Virus record (IMG/VR): IMGVR_UViG_3300020438_000007
Span: 166,740 to 230,739 of that record
Strand: one strand, 5' to 3'
Length of the DNA: 64,000 nucleotides
A program made the translations under genes and the position numbers. Every line of letters begins with the position of its first letter. Position 1 is the stretch's first letter. This document shows, piece after piece, positions 62,319-64,000 of this stretch. The notes beneath the pieces were generated by a model. That model ran no database searches. It saw only the letters and a program-made list of their open reading frames with translations, and had not been told where the DNA came from.

Positions 62319-62942
62319 TCACTTCAAGTTGAAAGTGTAAATGTGTTTGCCTGGAGTGTTGACATAATGTGCATCTCCTGACTCCAATGCGTCTCGAAGT
62401 TTCTGTGCAAATGGTTTTAATTTATTCTTATACTTTGTTCTGATTGCCTTATCATGATAAGTTTTATCACCGTACTGTATGAGTCTGCCTGGCGAAGTTA
62501 ACCCCTCATGTTTGAAGTTAGTTGCCTTGTATATGACCCCTCTGTGACCGTGAAATGCGTCTGCATAGGACACGATGATCTTGTGGTCGGTGTTCTTTTT
62601 CAACCACCTCTGAGTCTTTCCTATGAAGTAACTCTCAGTGCATTTGGGAGTGGCATCAATACAACATAGTCTCCTGAGTTCAATGACATCACTCTCACTC
62701 TCTCCATACTTCCTCCACGCATTTGCCATACCTAGAGGACCATATATCATTGCACCTATCAAGGTAGAGTCACAGTAAAGTCCAAACACATGAGATATTC
62801 TGAGTCCATTGACACTCTTAGAGTAGTGCCATGACTCTATAAAATCTCTCACACACTGTATGTTAGTTACCTTGACATCAAAATCCTTTACCCTTTTACC
62901 CAAGGGCACTGAATAATCGTCGTAAAGAAGTGACTTCAACAT
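62319..62942 (-). CDS. Mom-like (GNAT-fold) DNA adenine-modification protein
   Basis: FIE.WHYS...FGL...LIG.MIYG...IELRRLC...ESYFI...IVSYAD...H.G.IYKATNF; TAGACA-17-TATACT promoter. Confidence 0.75.
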   Translation of the reverse strand: MLKSLLYDDYSVPLGKRVKDFDVKVTNIQCVRDFIESWHYSKSVNGLRISHVFGLYCDSTLIGAMIYGPLGMANAWRKYGESESDVIELRRLCCIDATPKCTESYFIGKTQRWLKKNTDHKIIVSYADAFHGHRGVIYKATNFKHEGLTSPGRLIQYGDKTYHDKAIRTKYKNKLKPFAQKLRDALESGDAHYVNTPGKHIYTFNLK

Positions 62943-62977
62943 ACAATAAGTATATCAATCAAATGATCTTTTGTCTA

Positions 62978-63061
62978 TGGGAGAAGAGGGACTCGAACCC
63001 TCACGACATTTCTGCCAACAGATTTTAAGTCTGGTGTGTCTACCGATTCCACCACACTCCC
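62978..63061 (-). tRNA. tRNA-Leu(UAA)
   Basis: Cloverleaf with long variable arm, loop CT-TAA-AA, GGTTCGAGTCC; CCA not encoded. Confidence 0.93.
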
Positions 63062-63064
63062 GAA

Positions 63065-63138
63065 CGACTCAAGTAGGACTCGAACCTACGACCGACTGCT
63101 TAGAAGGCAGTTGCTCTATCCATCTGAGCTATTGAGTC
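63065..63138 (-). tRNA. tRNA-Arg(UCU)
   Basis: ACTGC-CT-TCT-AA-GCAGT anticodon arm; 7-bp acceptor stem. Confidence 0.95.
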
Positions 63139-63141
63139 TGG

Positions 63142-63215
63142 AGCCACTTGTCGGACTTGAACCGACGACCTACGCATTACAAATGCGTTGCTCTATCCAG
63201 CTGAGCTAAAGTGGC
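63142..63215 (-). tRNA. tRNA-Thr(UGU)
   Basis: ACGCA-TT-TGT-AA-TGCGT anticodon arm; U73. Confidence 0.95.
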
Positions 63216-63218
63216 GAA

Positions 63219-63290
63219 TAGGACTACCGAGAATTGAACTCGGTTCACACCGTTATAAGCAGTGGGCATTAACCAATATGCGATAGTCCC
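63219..63290 (-). tRNA. tRNA-Ile(UAU)
   Basis: CACTG-CT-TAT-AA-CGGTG anticodon arm; A73; T-loop GTTCAAT. Confidence 0.88.
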
Positions 63291-63304
63291 TTGCCTCACT
63301 CTGT

Positions 63305-63352
63305 TATTATACCACAGTTGACATAAAAAAAACCCCCTCAGAGAGAAGGTTT
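63305..63352 (-). terminator. psbD terminator followed by an extended -10 promoter (TGGTATAAT) for the tRNA cluster
   Basis: AAACCTTCTC-TCT-GAGGGGGTTTTTTTT at 63324-63352; TGnTATAAT at about 63306-63314. Confidence 0.7.
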
Positions 63353-63374
63353 TGAAAGATTTAAGATTTGAGAT

Positions 63375-64000
63375 TTACAACGCATTACCACGAGGTAATA
63401 CTTCTTCTGGGAAGATGAAGTTTTCATGTGGTTGATCAGCAGGTGCCAACCAAGCACGGAGTCCTTCATTCAGAAGAATGTTCTTAGTGTAGAAGGTCTC
63501 AAATTCTGGATCCTCCGCTGCACGAATCTCCTGAGATACAAAGTCGTAAGCACGTAGATTAAGAGCGAGTCCAACAATACCGATAGAAGCAGTCCAGAGA
63601 CCCATGACGGGCACGAATAGCATAAAGAAATGCAACCAACGCTTGTTACTAAAAGCAACACCGAAGATCTGTGACCAGAAACGGTTCGCAGTAACCATCG
63701 AGTAAGTCTCCTCCTCTTGCGTAGGTTCAAAACCTTTAAAAGTATTTGATTGTTCTCCATCTTCATAGAGTGTATTCTCTACTGTTGCTCCGTGGATTGC
63801 ACATAACAAAGCACCACCCAGGATACCAGCAACTCCCATCATATGGAATGGGTTGAGCGTCCAGTTATGGAAGCCCTGTAGGAAGAGTAGGAACCTAAAG
63901 ATCGCTGCAACACCAAACGACGGCGCAAAGAACCAACTGGACTGTCCGAGAGGATAGATGAGAAACACACTGACAAAAACAGCGATAGGCCCAGAGAACG
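63375..64000 (-). CDS. psbD: photosystem II D2 protein, 3' part (5' end outside window)
   Basis: [29 protein letters not shown]...[15 protein letters not shown]...[10 protein letters not shown]; no intron in the visible part. Confidence 0.99.
   Translation of the reverse strand, partial: FSGPIAVFVSVFLIYPLGQSSWFFAPSFGVAAIFRFLLFLQGFHNWTLNPFHMMGVAGILGGALLCAIHGATVENTLYEDGEQSNTFKGFEPTQEEETYSMVTANRFWSQIFGVAFSNKRWLHFFMLFVPVMGLWTASIGIVGLALNLRAYDFVSQEIRAAEDPEFETFYTKNILLNEGLRAWLAPADQPHENFIFPEEVLPRGNAL

Noticed and set aside
49929-64000. Introns or inteins in thyX, phoH, psbD or the tRNAs
   Set aside because: All visible reading frames and cloverleaves are uninterrupted and of normal length.

Overview
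64-kb segment of an AT-rich T4-like cyanophage (cyanomyovirus infecting marine Synechococcus/Prochlorococcus); almost all genes are on the minus strand. (1) 1-10.6 kb: early region of small orphan ORFs, a ligase-like nucleotidyltransferase and an SF2 helicase. It is punctuated by 13 copies of a promoter module: a -10 box, exactly 30 nt, then a 22-bp palindrome GTGCCA-N10-TG(G/T)CAC. (2) 10.9-29.7 kb: accessory/tail-fibre island with many 2OG-Fe(II) oxygenase-like genes, a DUF262-HNH nuclease, a Gly-rich adhesin-like protein, a 2327-aa fibre with S74 chaperone, and a permuted two-piece tmRNA with an unusually long tag. (3) 29.7-48.2 kb: T4 core baseplate/tail/replication genes (gp5, 51, 26, 4, 2, 48, 53, 32, 33) plus cp12. 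(4) 48.2-64 kb: auxiliary metabolic region (phoH, thyX, glutaredoxins, talC, ho1, def, psbN, carbamoyltransferase, Mom-like protein, four tRNAs, psbD 3' part). Most notable observations: tandem glutamine-II (Downstream-peptide) riboswitches, the second carrying a complete 54-aa ORF inside its P2 loop; the permuted tmRNA; a candidate ~48-nt hairpin sRNA whose loop is complementary to the (AAAC)n leaders of early genes; and a duplicated ~70-nt intergenic element with switch-like alternative pairing. All family assignments are from motif recognition by eye; no database search was run.
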